Part shown: in pieces, positions 1 to 14,218 of the stretch | Numbering within the stretch: the stretch's first letter is position 1 | Layout: each line of letters starts with the position of its first letter | NCBI RefSeq assembly: GCF_006345805.1 | Contig: NC_043006.1 | Span: 90,768,001-90,832,000 of the forward strand | From: Octopus sinensis | Lineage: Eukaryota | Reading direction: 5' to 3' | Length of the DNA: 64,000 bases | Position numbers and translations under genes: made by a program | The notes under the pieces: generated by a model | What the model was told of the DNA's origin: nothing | The model's input: the letters and a program-made list of their open reading frames with translations, nothing else | Databases searched by the model: none

Positions 1-292
1 ATGATATGCTGTAAAGCTAAGTGCTTTATGGGTGTGAAACCCAGAGGATTCCATAAACCAGCCTTATCTAACTTTACTTATATAATATACTGCTCTGTAA
101 CTTAGAGTGTGGTTCTTTTTTGGATTCATGTTTTACCAATGATATACATATATATTAGAGGAAAAAGGATAACACCTGCTAATCTCTAGCTCCAGCCTCA
201 GTTGTGAACTTGGAACCTAATGGATGACCAATTATAGCACTTACTCAGCGTACCTATTCGTTTAGATCACCAGTGAACTAAACCCCTCATAC

Positions 293-300
<8 letters not shown>

Positions 301-342
<42 letters not shown>
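301..342. repeat. (TG)n microsatellite
   Basis: Pure TG run read directly. Confidence 0.95.
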
Positions 343-343
<1 letters not shown>

Positions 344-2977
344 ATGCATGTATGTACAGTATATGTGATTAACCACTTTTTTTCTCTGTATATTTTCTGA
401 ATCAATATCATGATTTTAAGAGATCAAGCATCTGTTCAATTGGCATTAATAATCTGAAAAATTGAATTACAAGTAATTATTTTGTCTGAAAAGGATAATT
501 TTAGGCTCAGTATTCACAAAAATCAATTTTTTTCAAAAATATCTAATTATTCAATTTTAAAAATTAATTTAAGTTTATTTTTAATTTTTATATGCATTGC
601 TCAAAATATACATGTAGCTCATATCATTTATAATTTTATGTGTGTGTGCTTTTTGCTAAGTAGGATTGCCTTCAATACATAATGTTATTTGGAACAAAGA
701 TATCAACTTTTACAAGGATTCCATGAAACTGATATATATATATTTGAACCTCAAACTTTCATTTATTTGATAAAAATACTTACAGGAATATCTTTTCATT
801 AAATGAATGATTTATGGCTGCTTCCTGTCTTAATTCTGAATTACCATTGTATCATCCATGAATCCATTCATGTACGATAAGTATTACAATAAGTTGTTAA
901 CGTAGTTATCTTTGTAAAGGGCATTTATGATTCACTTTAAAATAAACTTCAATTTGCATTGAAAGTTTACTAAACTCAGAGAAAACTAGAAAAAGACCAA
1001 TTTTAAAAATGTAAAAAAAGAATAATTTTTGTTATCAATTCTATTGAAAATAATAAATCACATATGAAGCCATTTACCTTGCATTACAGCTACAAATATG
1101 TACATAAGATAATTTTTTTTTCTATGTATTAATTTTCAGAAATTATCTGTATTTTTTAGGCTTTACATACTTTCTCACATATCATTGACATTAGTTGTAC
1201 ACTTGATCAAATATTATTGAATATTTCCCTTTTATAAAGCTGTTTAAAAAAAATTTATCTTCGTGCACACACATATACGTATAGTGGTGATGCTGATGTT
1301 GGGGGTAGAAAGCCATTAAAAGAAATATAAACAAAATATTTTGAAATATTTACTTCTGTTTTATTATTTTCATTTTGTGTTAATTTGACTTCAAACACTG
1401 AATACATTTATCGAATAACTTTCAGTTATATTTTATTCTAGTGAATTTCGTCATATTACTCTCATATCTCTGGTGGCTTCTGCAACACACATGAACAACC
1501 TTGACGGTATTGAAAAGAAGACTCACACACCAACATGCTCCAACTTCTGACTCACAAATGTCTTGTCTCCTCACTTTGTGTGATCTATTGCCTGTATAAT
1601 GACCTCTGCTTTTCAAAATTGGTCTGTTGCATACCACCTCCATTCAGGCTCACACAAACATATCCATTTCCCCTCCTATTTTCATTTGTATTGTGTCTCA
1701 CTTCTAGGCTTGCACAAACCTTCCTCCTCACTGACAACAACTTGCAAATGTCCAAACTATTTAACTGAATAAATCTTGGATGACCTGCAAAGGTCATTGG
1801 TTCTGCCTCATTTGCATTGTTAAAGAGAAGGTAGTCTACACTGGGTGATGTTTAAGAGGGCAGCATTTTATATATGTATTATGATTTACATTCATTTTAT
1901 GCTAAGGTGAGGAGGTGTGTGGGCTAATTCAGGGAATATCTATGGGAAAAGTTAAGGACTAGCTATGCTATTGAACTGCCCTTTCCTTCTGGCTAAGCCA
2001 TTAAAAAAAACACAACAAAAAAAAAGATAAGAAAAAGACACTTGTAAATACTATGGCTTGATGATTTTTTAAAAAATTTAATTTTATTTGGGAGAAGTTC
2101 ACTTTACTGCTACATCTGCATGCACTGTCAACTTGTTAAAGCTAAGTGAACTATCTCCAAACATGTCAGTTTGCATGATCTTTCATTTTAAAGTATATTT
2201 TACAGTACTGATAATAGCTGGATATTGTGACTATAAAAAAGATGGGTGAGGTTGACTATTATCTGGGCATTCACTTAATGAAGTGTATCCACTGCCAGTC
2301 AACCAGGTGGGGATGCGTAGTAGGGTTGAACCTGACACATCTAGCTAAAAAATGTTTATTAATATGTAATCTTTCCACAGATTACATTGTAAAATCTTTA
2401 CTTCACCATGGTACTTTGATGTTTTAGAATTCATCTTCACAAGGAATACATTAAGTTATTGGTGATAGGTACCAACAATTGTTTTTTTATACAGTCAGTA
2501 GTATGTATATTGTTGCAGCATATATTGGTAAAATATTATTGAACATAATATATATAAGGTTTTTAAACTATACATAATGCAATTTGTCATTGTAAATTAT
2601 TGATAAAATATCATTTGACTTTGTAAAAATTATCATTTGTCTGAATAAAACTAGCATTTCTAATTTTTTTAAACTTTTTATTTTTTAGGAAAATAGGTAT
2701 CATCAAAACAAATTTAATTTTCGTGAAAATAACTAAATTTCTGTCATTATCATAGTTTTTTTTTTTTTAAAGAGTTTCTTAATTTTCATACACCATCTTT
2801 TAGAGATGATGAATGATATACTGGATATTGTATATATATTCCATTTATCTTGTCATAATTGCAGCCTACATTCCAAAGTATTAACATTCTTCCCAGTATA
2901 AGTTTCATTGGAATATAAAAAAAATGTAGTATAATGTGAGTTTATTCTTTTTTAGAAACTTATTTATATTGAAACGT

Positions 2978-3080
2978 TTAACCCATTTGTTACAATGTTT
3001 CTGTTGAACTACACTGCCTTTTTTACAGTTAATTTTGAAAATAATGAATAATTCAATAAAATAATTTTGTCATTATAAAG
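2978..3080 (+). mobile_element. Possible piggyBac-type MITE end
   Basis: TTAA immediately followed by CCC (ttaacccatttgttacaatgtttctgttgaa...), the piggyBac terminal signature. It resembles a cephalopod MITE recalled from memory; no partner end was found. Confidence 0.35.
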
Positions 3081-3239
3081 CATGATGAAATGATAAAATA
3101 GTTGGTCTAAAAAGCATGCTAAAATGGTGAAGAAGAAATGAAAGAAGCATAGACTGTGCAAGCTGCAGTGAAAACAACTTACTTAGGGAAGTAATAAATC
3201 TGCATAAACACTAATATTCATTAACTGATATGTGTGTGT

Positions 3240-3455
3240 GTATTCAATATGTGACCGTGTGTGAATCGTTGGTGATTTTCTTTCTCCGTCTTCCCTTCCT
3301 TGGACCTTTCCTTTTTCTATGTTTCTGACAAAGAGCTCCGCTCAAAAGGTTAAATCCTCCTTCTTTCTTTCCTGTCCCGAGCGTCCAATAACACTACTTG
3401 ATCCACGTCCTCACGTTGTTGTGTTTTCTCTTTGTGTTTTCATGTTTGGATTAAC
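3240..3455 (+). mobile_element. Penelope-type pLTR relic containing a decayed hammerhead (3321-3355)
   Basis: gttt-CTGACAA-A-GAG-ctccg-CTC-AAAA-ggtt-aaat is an HHR layout with G8 and G12 lost by CpG-type G>A changes. Confidence 0.55.
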
Positions 3456-3459
3456 TAAA

Positions 3460-3470
3460 TATATATATAT

Positions 3471-3512
<42 letters not shown>

Positions 3513-3660
3513 TATATACATATACATGCATACATATATATATATATATACACACACACACATATATACATACATATATATACATACAATCATATATATA
3601 TAGCATGGAATGCGGACGCTAAACGATGATGATGATGATGATACACACACATATATATGT
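3460..3660. repeat. Compound (AT)/(AC) microsatellite followed by an RTE 3' tail with (GAT)n
   Basis: tagcatggaatgcggacgctaaacgatgatgatgat matches the rc of the LINE tail at 45771-45850. Confidence 0.85.
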
Positions 3661-6167
3661 CACACATACTAATGCCCATTTCCTTTCATTACACGAGCTA
3701 ATATACCCTAATATTAGAGTATTCTCTATAGTCAATATACAACGAAAGCTTGTAATTCCATTTACAATGTGTGTGTGTAATATAAAATATAAAATGCGTA
3801 TATATATGTGTGTGTGTATCTGTGTGTGTTTATTATGTGCACACAGATACACATACACACATGTGCCAGATGTTTCATTAGTAAAGAAGCATTCAAAATT
3901 AATTCAGTGCTAAATAATGCCTTACACAACACATTCTACATGTATATGTATGCATATAATCTTTGAAACTCTCTTGCAATATTTTATTATTGGATATATA
4001 TATGTATATATATAATTAACTGCTTTGCAGCTGTTAAATCTATAAACTTATCACAAGCCTTTTGAAGTGATTTTTAAGATCTACTTGTAGGAATGTTTTT
4101 GCATATGTGTGTGTATGCACATATGCACACATGAGTAGATAGATAGATAGATAGATAAAATCCTATCTTGTATAAATATAAATCAATAACTTCCATAAAA
4201 TGCAAATTATTGTTACATAATAATTTGAAGTTTTGGGGATGGAGTGGGGTATAAACTGTAAATATAAAATACTGTTTAGGTATACATTAGAATATATGTA
4301 TACTTACACACACACACATACACACATAGATAGATAGATAGATAGATTGATAGATATCCTTCATTAGGTATTACTTCTTGAGAATGTGAAAATTTATTTG
4401 ACGAATCTAGAAGTAAAATACAAAAATGAAAGTATATGAAGAATTATATAATGAAATAAAATACTCTTATAAATTTTATTCTGCTTGTATATTTGCAAAC
4501 GAGTTTTATACATTCAATGACTCTGTAGAAAGGTATGTGGTCTTGGTGAGAAAGCATTTATATCTTTCATAACTTTATGAAGGTTGTTCATTACATTTCA
4601 TAAATCTTAGATTTATCCATTAAGTCACATTCAATGTTTACTCCTATATGATTTTATTTATATCAGTTGAAAAACTATCTTTTATACAAACAAATTTGGG
4701 TAAACTAAATTGATTAAATGCTGCCTTAGAATGAATTTCTTTTATTCAGATATGCTGGTTATTAGAATGTCCTGGTGTTTTTCTCATTACTTAATTTCTT
4801 TACTTAACATCCCTTTATTAATATTTTCAGATTTTAATTTGATAGCAGCTCTTTAAAAATTAGTATACTAAAAACTTTATTTCATATTAAATGAAATATG
4901 TTGCCTCCATAAATCCTTTATTTGATCATCTTTCTGCTTGCTTTTTATTGATCAATACTAACTCAACTGAATAGTCAAAAATCTTAGAGAAATAAAAGAA
5001 ATATTTTAAGGAAATTTCCAATCCATTTCATATATTATAATTTTCACTTGCAATAATCTTTGATAGTAAAAGCTATGATGAAACTCTTGACATTAAGTGG
5101 TTGAAACATTGAAAGAAAAAGTATATTAATTTAAATTGCTTGAAATCTCTCTCAAGATTTGTAGTTTCCTTTGTCGCATATAAATTCATTGAAGTCTCTA
5201 TGAGTCTAAATTTTTTTATGGAATTGAAATAGATTTAAATATTTTGCTAGAAAAGTTAGAAATAATTTGTGTTATGAGTATGAAAATGTATGAGGAATAT
5301 GTAATATATTATTTTATGACATTTCATTCCCAATTTATTTTCCTTTAAAAGTGATGTATATTTTATGCTTTTATACATCCAGATAGCATACACAGAAGGT
5401 TTTTTTTTTCAACAACTACATATTAAAGTGACATCAATCATATGCAGTCTAAATACATAAGAGATATAAGTTTCTCTTTGTTTACCTATCTAAACATGGT
5501 ATATAGTTGCTTATCCAGACTTACTACCATTCAGAGTCATACTCCACATTTTGAGAAAAAATGTTATTCTAGAGATAAAATACATTTACACATTGATGTT
5601 ATTAGCCTACTATGTCCAAATTCTGTACAAGTGCCTCCAGTTAATCTTTACTATATCTATTACCTGAGCATTCTTATATTCAGGAGCAAACAGCAAGCAG
5701 TAGATAAATTATTTGCTTTTTTATTACTTCATTGAAATGGAAAGATTTTAAATGTGTAAAGAATTTTGTCTGCATTATAATTATATAATTTGGACTTATC
5801 TATGGTTTTCCTTCATTTAGTCTATTCTTTCTGTCCATCTCTAATGGTATCTATGACTTTCCTTCATTTAGTCTATTCTTTATGTCCATCACTAATGGTT
5901 AAAATGTGAAATTAAGGAGAAGAGATTGAATGCAGCAAATTCTCAAAAGTCTTAAGTGAGAAAATAGTTTCCTTATCTGGAAGTTTAGCCATGAGCAACA
6001 ATTCAAATATACAAGAACACGAAGGATAATTTTATATTCGATACTTAATATTCATTTAAAAACATTATCACAGACAGCTCTAATGCAATAGTTTCAGAAG
6101 AATTTGAAGAATACTTATGATATAAACTTTAATCTTTTACTTGATGAAAGGTTTGTATATATATATA

Positions 6168-6330
6168 TAGGCACAGGCGTGGCTGTGTGGTAAGAAGCTT
6201 GCTTCCCAATCACATGGTTCCAGGTTCACTCCCACTGCATGGCACTTTGGGTAAATGTCTCCTACTATAGTCTCGGGCTGACCAAAGCCTTGTGAGTGGA
6301 TTTGGGAGACAGAAACTGAAAGATGCCCAG
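6168..6330 (+). mobile_element. tRNA-derived SINE head
   Basis: ggcacaggcgtggctgtgtggtaagaagcttgcttccc...ggttcactcc shows A/B-box-like spacing; the family recurs at 7258, 16400, 56490 and 57650. Confidence 0.85.
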
Positions 6331-6339
6331 ACATGGGGT

Positions 6340-6965
6340 GTAGTGGTGAAGCATGACTTTCAAATTTTGAACCTAGTGACTGAGACCCTTGGCAATGTGC
6401 TCTGCTTAAGAGGACCTGTCAAGTCAGGTGCCAGTGGCACATAGAATAATCAACCTTTGAATTTCATGCCTGACGGAGGCAAAGTGGTTGAGTACCTTTT
6501 GAGCATTGGGCCTGACAGAGGCAAAGTGACTGAGTTCCCTTTGAGTGTTGAGGCAAGGTGGCTGAGTTCCTTTCAAGTGGGCCTTACAGAGGTTAAGTGG
6601 CTGAGTTTCTTTCAAGCAATGGGCCTCATAGAGGCAAAGTGGTCGAGCTCCTTTTGAGTGTTGGGCCTTACAGAGGCAGTGACCAAGACTTTTGGCATTA
6701 TGTCATGCTTGAGAAGAAGACCCATCAAGCCAAGCAAAATTGCAGTCATGGAACATTCTGGTGTCATGCAAATGGCACCTGTGCAGGTGACACGTGAGAG
6801 CACCCATTACACTCTTGGAGTGGTTGGCATTAGGAAAGGCATCGAGCTGTAGAAAACCCTGCCAGATCAGACTGGATCCTGGTGCAGCCTTCCAGCATGC
6901 CAGCCCAGTCAAACCGTCCAACCCATTCCAGCATGAACAACAGATGTTAAGTGATGATGAGGATG
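6340..6965 (+). mobile_element. RTE LINE 3' UTR/tail fragment
   Basis: Ends aaaccgtccaacccattccagcatg...gatgatga; contains internal tandem gggcc(t/c)...gaggcaaagtgg units; homologous to 27870-28225. Confidence 0.8.
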
Positions 6966-6999
6966 ATATATATATATATATATATATATATGTGAGTGT

Positions 7000-7644
7000 G
7001 TGTGCACGCACGTGTGTTTGTGTGTCTGTTTTTGTCCCCCACCATCACTTGACAACTGATGTTGGTGTGTTTACATCCCTGTAACTAAGCATATCGGCGA
7101 AAGAAACCAAAAGAATAAGTACTAGGCTTACAAATAAGTTCTTGGCTTATAAATCTTGGGGTCGATTTCTTTGTCTAAAGGTGGTACTCCAGCACGACTG
7201 CAGTCAAATGACTGAAACAAGTAAAATTATAAAAGAATTTCTATATATATGTATGTGTAGGAGTGGCTGTATGGTAACAAGCTTGCTTCCCAACTACATG
7301 GTTCCGGGTTCAGTTTCACTGCGTGGCACCTTGGGTAAGTGTCTTCTATTATAGCTTCGGGCTGACCAAAGCCTTGGTAGACAGAAACTGAAAGGAGCCT
7401 GTTGTATCATAATATATATGTGTATGCGTGTGTGTGTATTTGTGTTTCTGTGTTTGTTCCGCCACCATCGCTTGACACCAATGTTAATGTGTTTACATCC
7501 TCGTAACTTAGCAGTTCATCAAAAGAGTCTGATAGTATTAGTACTAGGCTTACAAAGAATAAGCCCTGGGGTCAATTTGTTTGACTAAAGATGGTGCTCC
7601 AGCATGGCCACAATCAAATGATAGAAACAAGTAAAAGAGTAAAA

Positions 7645-7650
<6 letters not shown>
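7000..7650 (+). mobile_element. Two adjacent SINE copies (3' half 7000-7230; full copy 7258-7650)
   Basis: Both share the body ...agtactaggcttacaaa...gtcaaatga...gaaacaagtaaaa; the second also carries the tRNA-like head. Confidence 0.85.
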
Positions 7651-7700
<50 letters not shown>

Positions 7701-8034
7701 CATGCATAAATTTCATACAGTGCTGCTTCTTGTGGCTGTACTCACTCGACTAAGTTTTGTACACATCAGGCAAATGTACTGTTTCCTGTTCTTATATATA
7801 TAAACAGTCCTTTTTGTATGGTTGCAAAAGGCTAATTCGGTATTCATAGCTGATGAAACAGGATGATACAGAAATGCATGTACCCTATGATCTGATGTTG
7901 TCAATCATAGCCTAATGCGTTTTCACAATATTTTCTTTAAATTTCTCCCAGGATTATTTCCACAGTCAAAGGCCTTCCTGTGTTCAAGCATACATGAATG
8001 TGTTAAGTTAAATATGATTTTATATGTGTGTGTT

Positions 8035-8190
<156 letters not shown>

Positions 8191-8399
8191 CAATGTAATA
8201 GCATGCCTTTGCAAGTCTGAGGATGTGCCTCTCCAATGCCTAAAAGCACAGACATTATGTGATTTTTATCTTAGAATTCTTGCATAAACTGGTGTTGCAA
8301 ATGGACTTGCTTTGAAAACATTTGTAACTTACAATTAAAAATGTGTTAAAGAATTTTCTTTGTCTTCTTTTTATTGGTGTGTGTGTGTGTGTGTGTGTG

Positions 8400-8455
<56 letters not shown>

Positions 8456-8457
<2 letters not shown>

Positions 8458-8975
8458 ATCATGTTCATTTAACATCCATATAATAGCATCAGAGAAGTGA
8501 CTATGTTCACTCCAGCAACCAAATTAGTGTGTGAATAATATGATCATTGAGCATACAGTTTTAACAAATCTGTTGGTTGACAGATTAAATTACCGAGCAT
8601 ACTGTTCACTCAGAAATCTCTCAGTTTTGGAATTTTGAATGTAATGTTTCTAGATCTGAGCTATTATACAATTAACATCTTATACAACTATAAAGTAGAT
8701 GTTAATCATTTTTAGAATTGAGAAAAAGTGCAGCTGTTGTGCAGTTTACAATGTTTCCATTCTGTCATAATTATAGACTTTGCATAGGTTTATTTACACT
8801 GGGGTGTGAATACTACAGTGAAGAACTGAAAACATACAAGAAGTAGATCATAGCAAATTCTACTTATAATACTTAATACTAGAACTATTAAATTATTATT
8901 TCATGAAATTTTAATAAGATTTCTATGTGTCCAAGTTTTGTCTGGTTATTTGTTTTTATAAAACTCAAACATAAT
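8456..8975 (+). repeat. 520-bp direct repeat, copy 1
   Basis: Runs taatcatgttcatttaacatcc...aaactcaaacataat; by eye identical to 18258-18777. Confidence 0.9.
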
Positions 8976-10360
8976 ATTTGACTAATTTTTTGAAAGTGGA
9001 TGATTGAGTGAGAAACAACAAAAAAAAAATGAAAAAGAAATCTAAGTAGAATGGATTTTTGTTCAACCTATCACCAGAAAATGAGTAAAACATTTTAATT
9101 AAAACAGGGTTTTCATACTTCAGTGGAATGCTATAGTGATTAATTCTAATAGCTATATCTGTTTCTCATTAACTACTGTATCTAGTATAGGTTTGATTTC
9201 TGCTATTTGTCTTGTATTGCCCAGATAATTAGCCAGTGTCTGTGAAGTACAGATGGAATTTAGCTGATATTTTTTAAGAGGCTCTATTTGCTAGAAATTG
9301 AAGCTAAATCTATAGTGTACATTCTATAGTCTTAAAGAATTAGGTGGGAAACAAATTAAATAATGTATCTTAGATATCTGAAGGAAGGTCAAGTGATGAT
9401 GAGTAGAATGCCTTTGGTTATAGTTCTGCTGAATTAGAGGTGGCCTGAAGCTAAACAATTATAATAATTTTAAATATCAGTTTTAATGTTCTCTGAATGA
9501 ATGAGAATATATTTTTTTAAAAGTCATGTTTTAAAATATATTTTTTAAAAAGTCATGTTTACATAAACTTCTTTATTGCAATCAGCTGTAATTGAAAGAA
9601 TAACTTTTCAAGAATATTAATTCTTAGTGGAAGCATTTAAATATTCTGTTGCATTCTTATTTAGTCATAGATTTTGAGAAGTTGTATCCTGTACTTAATG
9701 CCTATAAGACAATGGTGTTTATTGTAAAAAAAAAAGAAATCCAAAGATAAAAAAAAAAATGACCCTCACTTTTACTATTGACACTGAAAGCTATTCATTG
9801 AGATAGCATCACTAATGTACTCCAAGTTCTCAAAAACTTGTCATTGTTTATAATTTAACTTCTGACTATGACAATGCATTTTATTTGATCATCAATACAA
9901 ATGATTCCTTTTTATTTATCCTCTTTGCTAGCATTGCTTGTAAGTTCTTATTTACTTATCATCTTCAATAAAACTATGCAATCAAAACTGATGACAAGTG
10001 AACAAAGAAAGATCTTATTGCTTCTAGTATGGATGAAATGATGCAATTTCAATTTGAGTGGTGAAAGTTTATCCTTTGGACTTCTCCTGACTTTGACATA
10101 TATTGTATTTGCTCTTGCACTGTAATTTCATTTTGATAGATCTGTTCATAGACAACTATGTCAACAGCATCTCATGATACCAATCCTTTGTTTTTCTCTT
10201 TACCATCTTTCTATAAAACATCTTGTCTGTCTACCATTGAAGTAAACAATATTGCATGGGTTTGGAGCATCATCATCATTAACTTATATTGTTAGAGAAT
10301 TCAATTCACTAATTCTCTTTTTTATTTCTTTCTTTTTGGTAGGTATTTTACACATGCACT

Positions 10361-10402
<42 letters not shown>

Positions 10403-13400
10403 AACAGACAGACAGTGACAGAGAGAGACAGACACCCAGACAGACAGAAACAGAGTTTAATGCGTTTTTAAATGTAATTAGATTTGTGCACTTTGATAAA
10501 TTACAATTCTGTGTTTTCTAAGATGATTTACAGCCATAAGACTTATTGGGGATACTTTACAACTACATGACAGTATGTGCACAAGTATACAGTTAAGAAG
10601 TATAATTTGCAACCCTGTGGTTTCAAGTTCAATCCCACTGTCATGCTGTGTGAGTGATATTTGGTAAATGGAAACTGGGTGGAAGCCTGTTGAGGAGACT
10701 ATTCCTGTTTTTTGGTTCTATCTTCCCATTTAAACAACACACCACCTCATTGCTGGTATCTTTAACAGAATGCATTCTGTTGCAAGCATTTAGACCTGGT
10801 CTCTGATCTGAGGATCACTTACATCTATCTTTCTATCAGTCTCTACCTTTCCTGCTCGAACTAAGCCATTAAGAGAAAAGAAACAGAAAAAATCTTTCCA
10901 TCTTCAGTAACATTCAGATGACACAGTTTCTGATGAACAGTTTGTTACTATTCTGCTCTTTGTTTTCCGTGCTTGTACAAATGAAATGGTTCCTGAAGCT
11001 GCATTTTGTTAGAAGTGATTCTGATGCTTTTGTCATCCTCCTACAAAATAGTCAAGCATGGAGAAGAAATTAACCTGTTTTAGCTGGATGAACAGTAAGG
11101 TGTCTTTCCTATGAATAGGATTTCATCTCTCTGGATGCATTTAGATTACTCTGTCAAATGTAATGCTTAGTAATTCACATTCTTTTGAGTTAATCATACA
11201 TTAATTTGTAGCTTTTGTTTGTTTTGGGAATGACATTGTAGGTGAGGTATGATGCCTGGATCTGGCCTGTTTGACCATACAGCCTGAGGAATTTTGGGAC
11301 AGGATAAAGTAGATTTCAATTCTAATGAGTTAAATACATGTGTCATTCCATCTATGCTGTTACAACTTCTATTTTCTCTTCTTACATACCTTATTTGGTG
11401 AAATTTGCAAAGCAAAACCTCTGAATTACAAAGTTGAGAAACCATAGAAGGGTTTTGGTTGGGAGTAAGCTAAATAAGTAGAAACTCTATTTTTTTTTTC
11501 CTTTTTCTATTTGTGTATCCCTCAGAAAGCATTATGGGTTTTAGGTATAGTATTTGCCTAAGAGAAATCAGTGAACCTTGCATACTGGATAGCAAGTATT
11601 GAGTGGGATTTAAATTAGAGGTTATATTCATGATAGAGGAGAAATAAAATAGTTTACCAGATTTAGCATTTTTTTTTGTTCTTGGCAATTTTTACATTGT
11701 TTTCAGGGATAATAATAGAAATATTTTAGAGTATCACTTATGTACAACTGAAACTGATTTTTAAAATTAACACGAGATTGTCAATTTTAAGGATATTTCT
11801 TTGTTTAATATTGTTTCATACAAATGCAATTGATAGTGACATAAAGCAATTAAATTTCTGTGATTTTCAACATTTTTGACAAGGCACTTTATCAATATTT
11901 GTTGAAAGACAGTTCATTTATTTATTCTTTGTTTAGTTTCTTAATTAGAGAACTCTAAGCACTAATTAGAAAACTGTCAAAGATAGTTGTAAGTCTTTAA
12001 ATATTATTTAAGAAATTATTTCATTTCTAAGGAGCAGTCACAATTCTCCTTAAATCAGTTTTAAATGCTTCTCTGTTAATTATAATTTTGATATGCAGTG
12101 GTAGATTACAAGAGATTTATTTTATCTTAATTTGTCCTGATGGGCAAAAGTATAATATTTTTTAGAAGAGAAATTACCTAATTATGTTATTTTACTCTTG
12201 GACATTGGAATGCAAATTAACATTCCATGTTACGTTTTGTGAGGTCTTTTATCTGCCGAAGTTGAAACTTACTACAACTATGCACATGGCTCTTATGGTC
12301 TGTGAAAGACATTTCTGAGAAGAAAATACTGAAAAGGAAAACTCAATAATGACTGTTTTCTATGTTGGTTTCCATTTTCTGGGTTAGTTGCTATTTCATA
12401 TTTAAGTATTTTCATGAAATGCATGGGCATGAAATTTTGAACATGAATTCTACAGAAAAGTAAGTGCCAGTGTTTTAGGCAGACATCATAGTGTATTAAG
12501 GTTTCCTAAGGCAAAACAATTGTTTTGGGAACATTTCTTGTAGTGGTTCTTTACAGGTCACTATAGCAGATATTTAACCATTTAACAAGATTTAATTTTT
12601 TACTATATCACAATAATATTTGAAGGCAAAATAATATTAAACTTTAAGATTATAAGAATTAGTAAATAACAAATAAAACTAAATGCCATTTGACATTTTA
12701 GTGTCATGGCACTGTCAAATGTTGCTGAAACCAGGCTAAATTTGAGTGTATAGTTATTAGCTATTTTGGATTTTATTTTTAGTCCTCCTTAAACGAATCA
12801 CTTAAAGTTGCAAGATGATTTAAAGGTTCAGTCTTTTTTACTGGTTCCATTTGGTTAGCTTTTGTACTCATAACAAGAAGATGCTTGTTTACAAATGTTG
12901 CTGATGTTACTAAAATGTTAAAAAAAAAAAAGTTGGTCTTCCGTCCTTCTTGTAATTTTGAGTCCTGCTTACAACCCTATAGAATTGCTTGACTCAATAT
13001 TAAATACATATTATCTTTTCATTAAGAGAAAAAATTGCAGATTGTTTATTTAGAACCTTACTGAAACACTGTAATAAAATATATAGAATTGGGTGCAGAG
13101 ATGTGTTTTTAAATATTTCTTAAGTGTTGGCAGGTAGGAATTGCCAATATTATAATGCCTAAGTTTAAGCAGAGCAGATCATAGACTTTACAATATCAGA
13201 CAGACATTTAGAAACTAAAGAAATTTAGATTTATATGAAAATATTATTTTTGCTCAAATAGCTTTACTGTAGCTTCTTTTTTGTTGCCCAAGAATTATTA
13301 TTTTTTTTTTTTGTTGAAGAATTCTTTATTTATCCATGCAGTTGCCATGTTCAGAAAGCATAGTGAAAACTATGCTTTCCAGAGTCTTTGATTCAATGCT

Positions 13401-14121
13401 TGTGGAACTGGCTCTGCATAGAATCTCTTCATTAGTGATACCAATTCCTATTAGTATATCTGCAGTTTTGACTGCAGTGAATTTGTGTCTACTTGCTCAT
13501 TTGCATATTTAACTACAAAGAACATGTGTGAACATATAGAACTTATAAGAATGCTATGGCAATATGCACCTAGGTTCTATTTTGTTAAGTGAGACTGATG
13601 TTCTGGCTGCAGATGTTTCTAATTTGGAAAATTCAAACCAAACTTTTATTGCTTTAGAGTAATGGGTATACTTATTATCAACATTAAAATATTCGTATTA
13701 TTAAATCATAAAAGTGAGAGATGGTAAACTTGAGAGAGAAATAAATAAAAGTATTGCAGTATTTAGCTATGTCTTTTCATGTTCCTATTTCAAATCCTGT
13801 TGGCATCAATTTTGACTTTCATCTTTCTGGGGGTCGATTATATATGCATAAATCAAGTATTGAGGTTGATATAATCAATTACATTGCCCCTCTTGAATTT
13901 GTAGCTTTGAACCTATGTTAAAACTCATTATCGAATCATACAGTAAACATTTCATGAAACTCGATAAATTTGAGTTTAGGATAAAATACGAATGCAGAAA
14001 GCAAAGTGTTTTAAGAGCAGCAGGAGAATGCCACCATATACACTTCAATTAAATTAAAAGTAATTGTTTTCTAAACTGTCATTGAAAAAATTTTATTGTT
14101 TATTCCAAATATCCCTGACCT

Positions 14122-14124
<3 letters not shown>

Positions 14125-14216
<92 letters not shown>

Positions 14217-14218
14217 CT
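14125..14218. repeat. (CT)n microsatellite
   Basis: Read directly; explains the ER/SL ORFs in the track. Confidence 0.95.

Noticed and set aside
1422-1860. Higher-complexity block with overlapping short ORFs
   Set aside because: No frame gives a recognisable motif; possibly a very old LINE remnant, but this cannot be supported.
5808-5900. Short local tandem duplications (also 27022-27065 and 9510-9560)
   Set aside because: Ordinary two-copy slippage duplications with no further structure.
7843-7890. tcatag-CTGATGA...GAAA-tgcat-GTA-cc-ctatga hammerhead-like string
   Set aside because: There is no stem II pairing and helix I is offset by 2 nt; chance or too decayed to call.
10823-11040. Minus-strand segment bounded by tattttgtag and gtaagt
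   Set aside because: All three frames contain stops.
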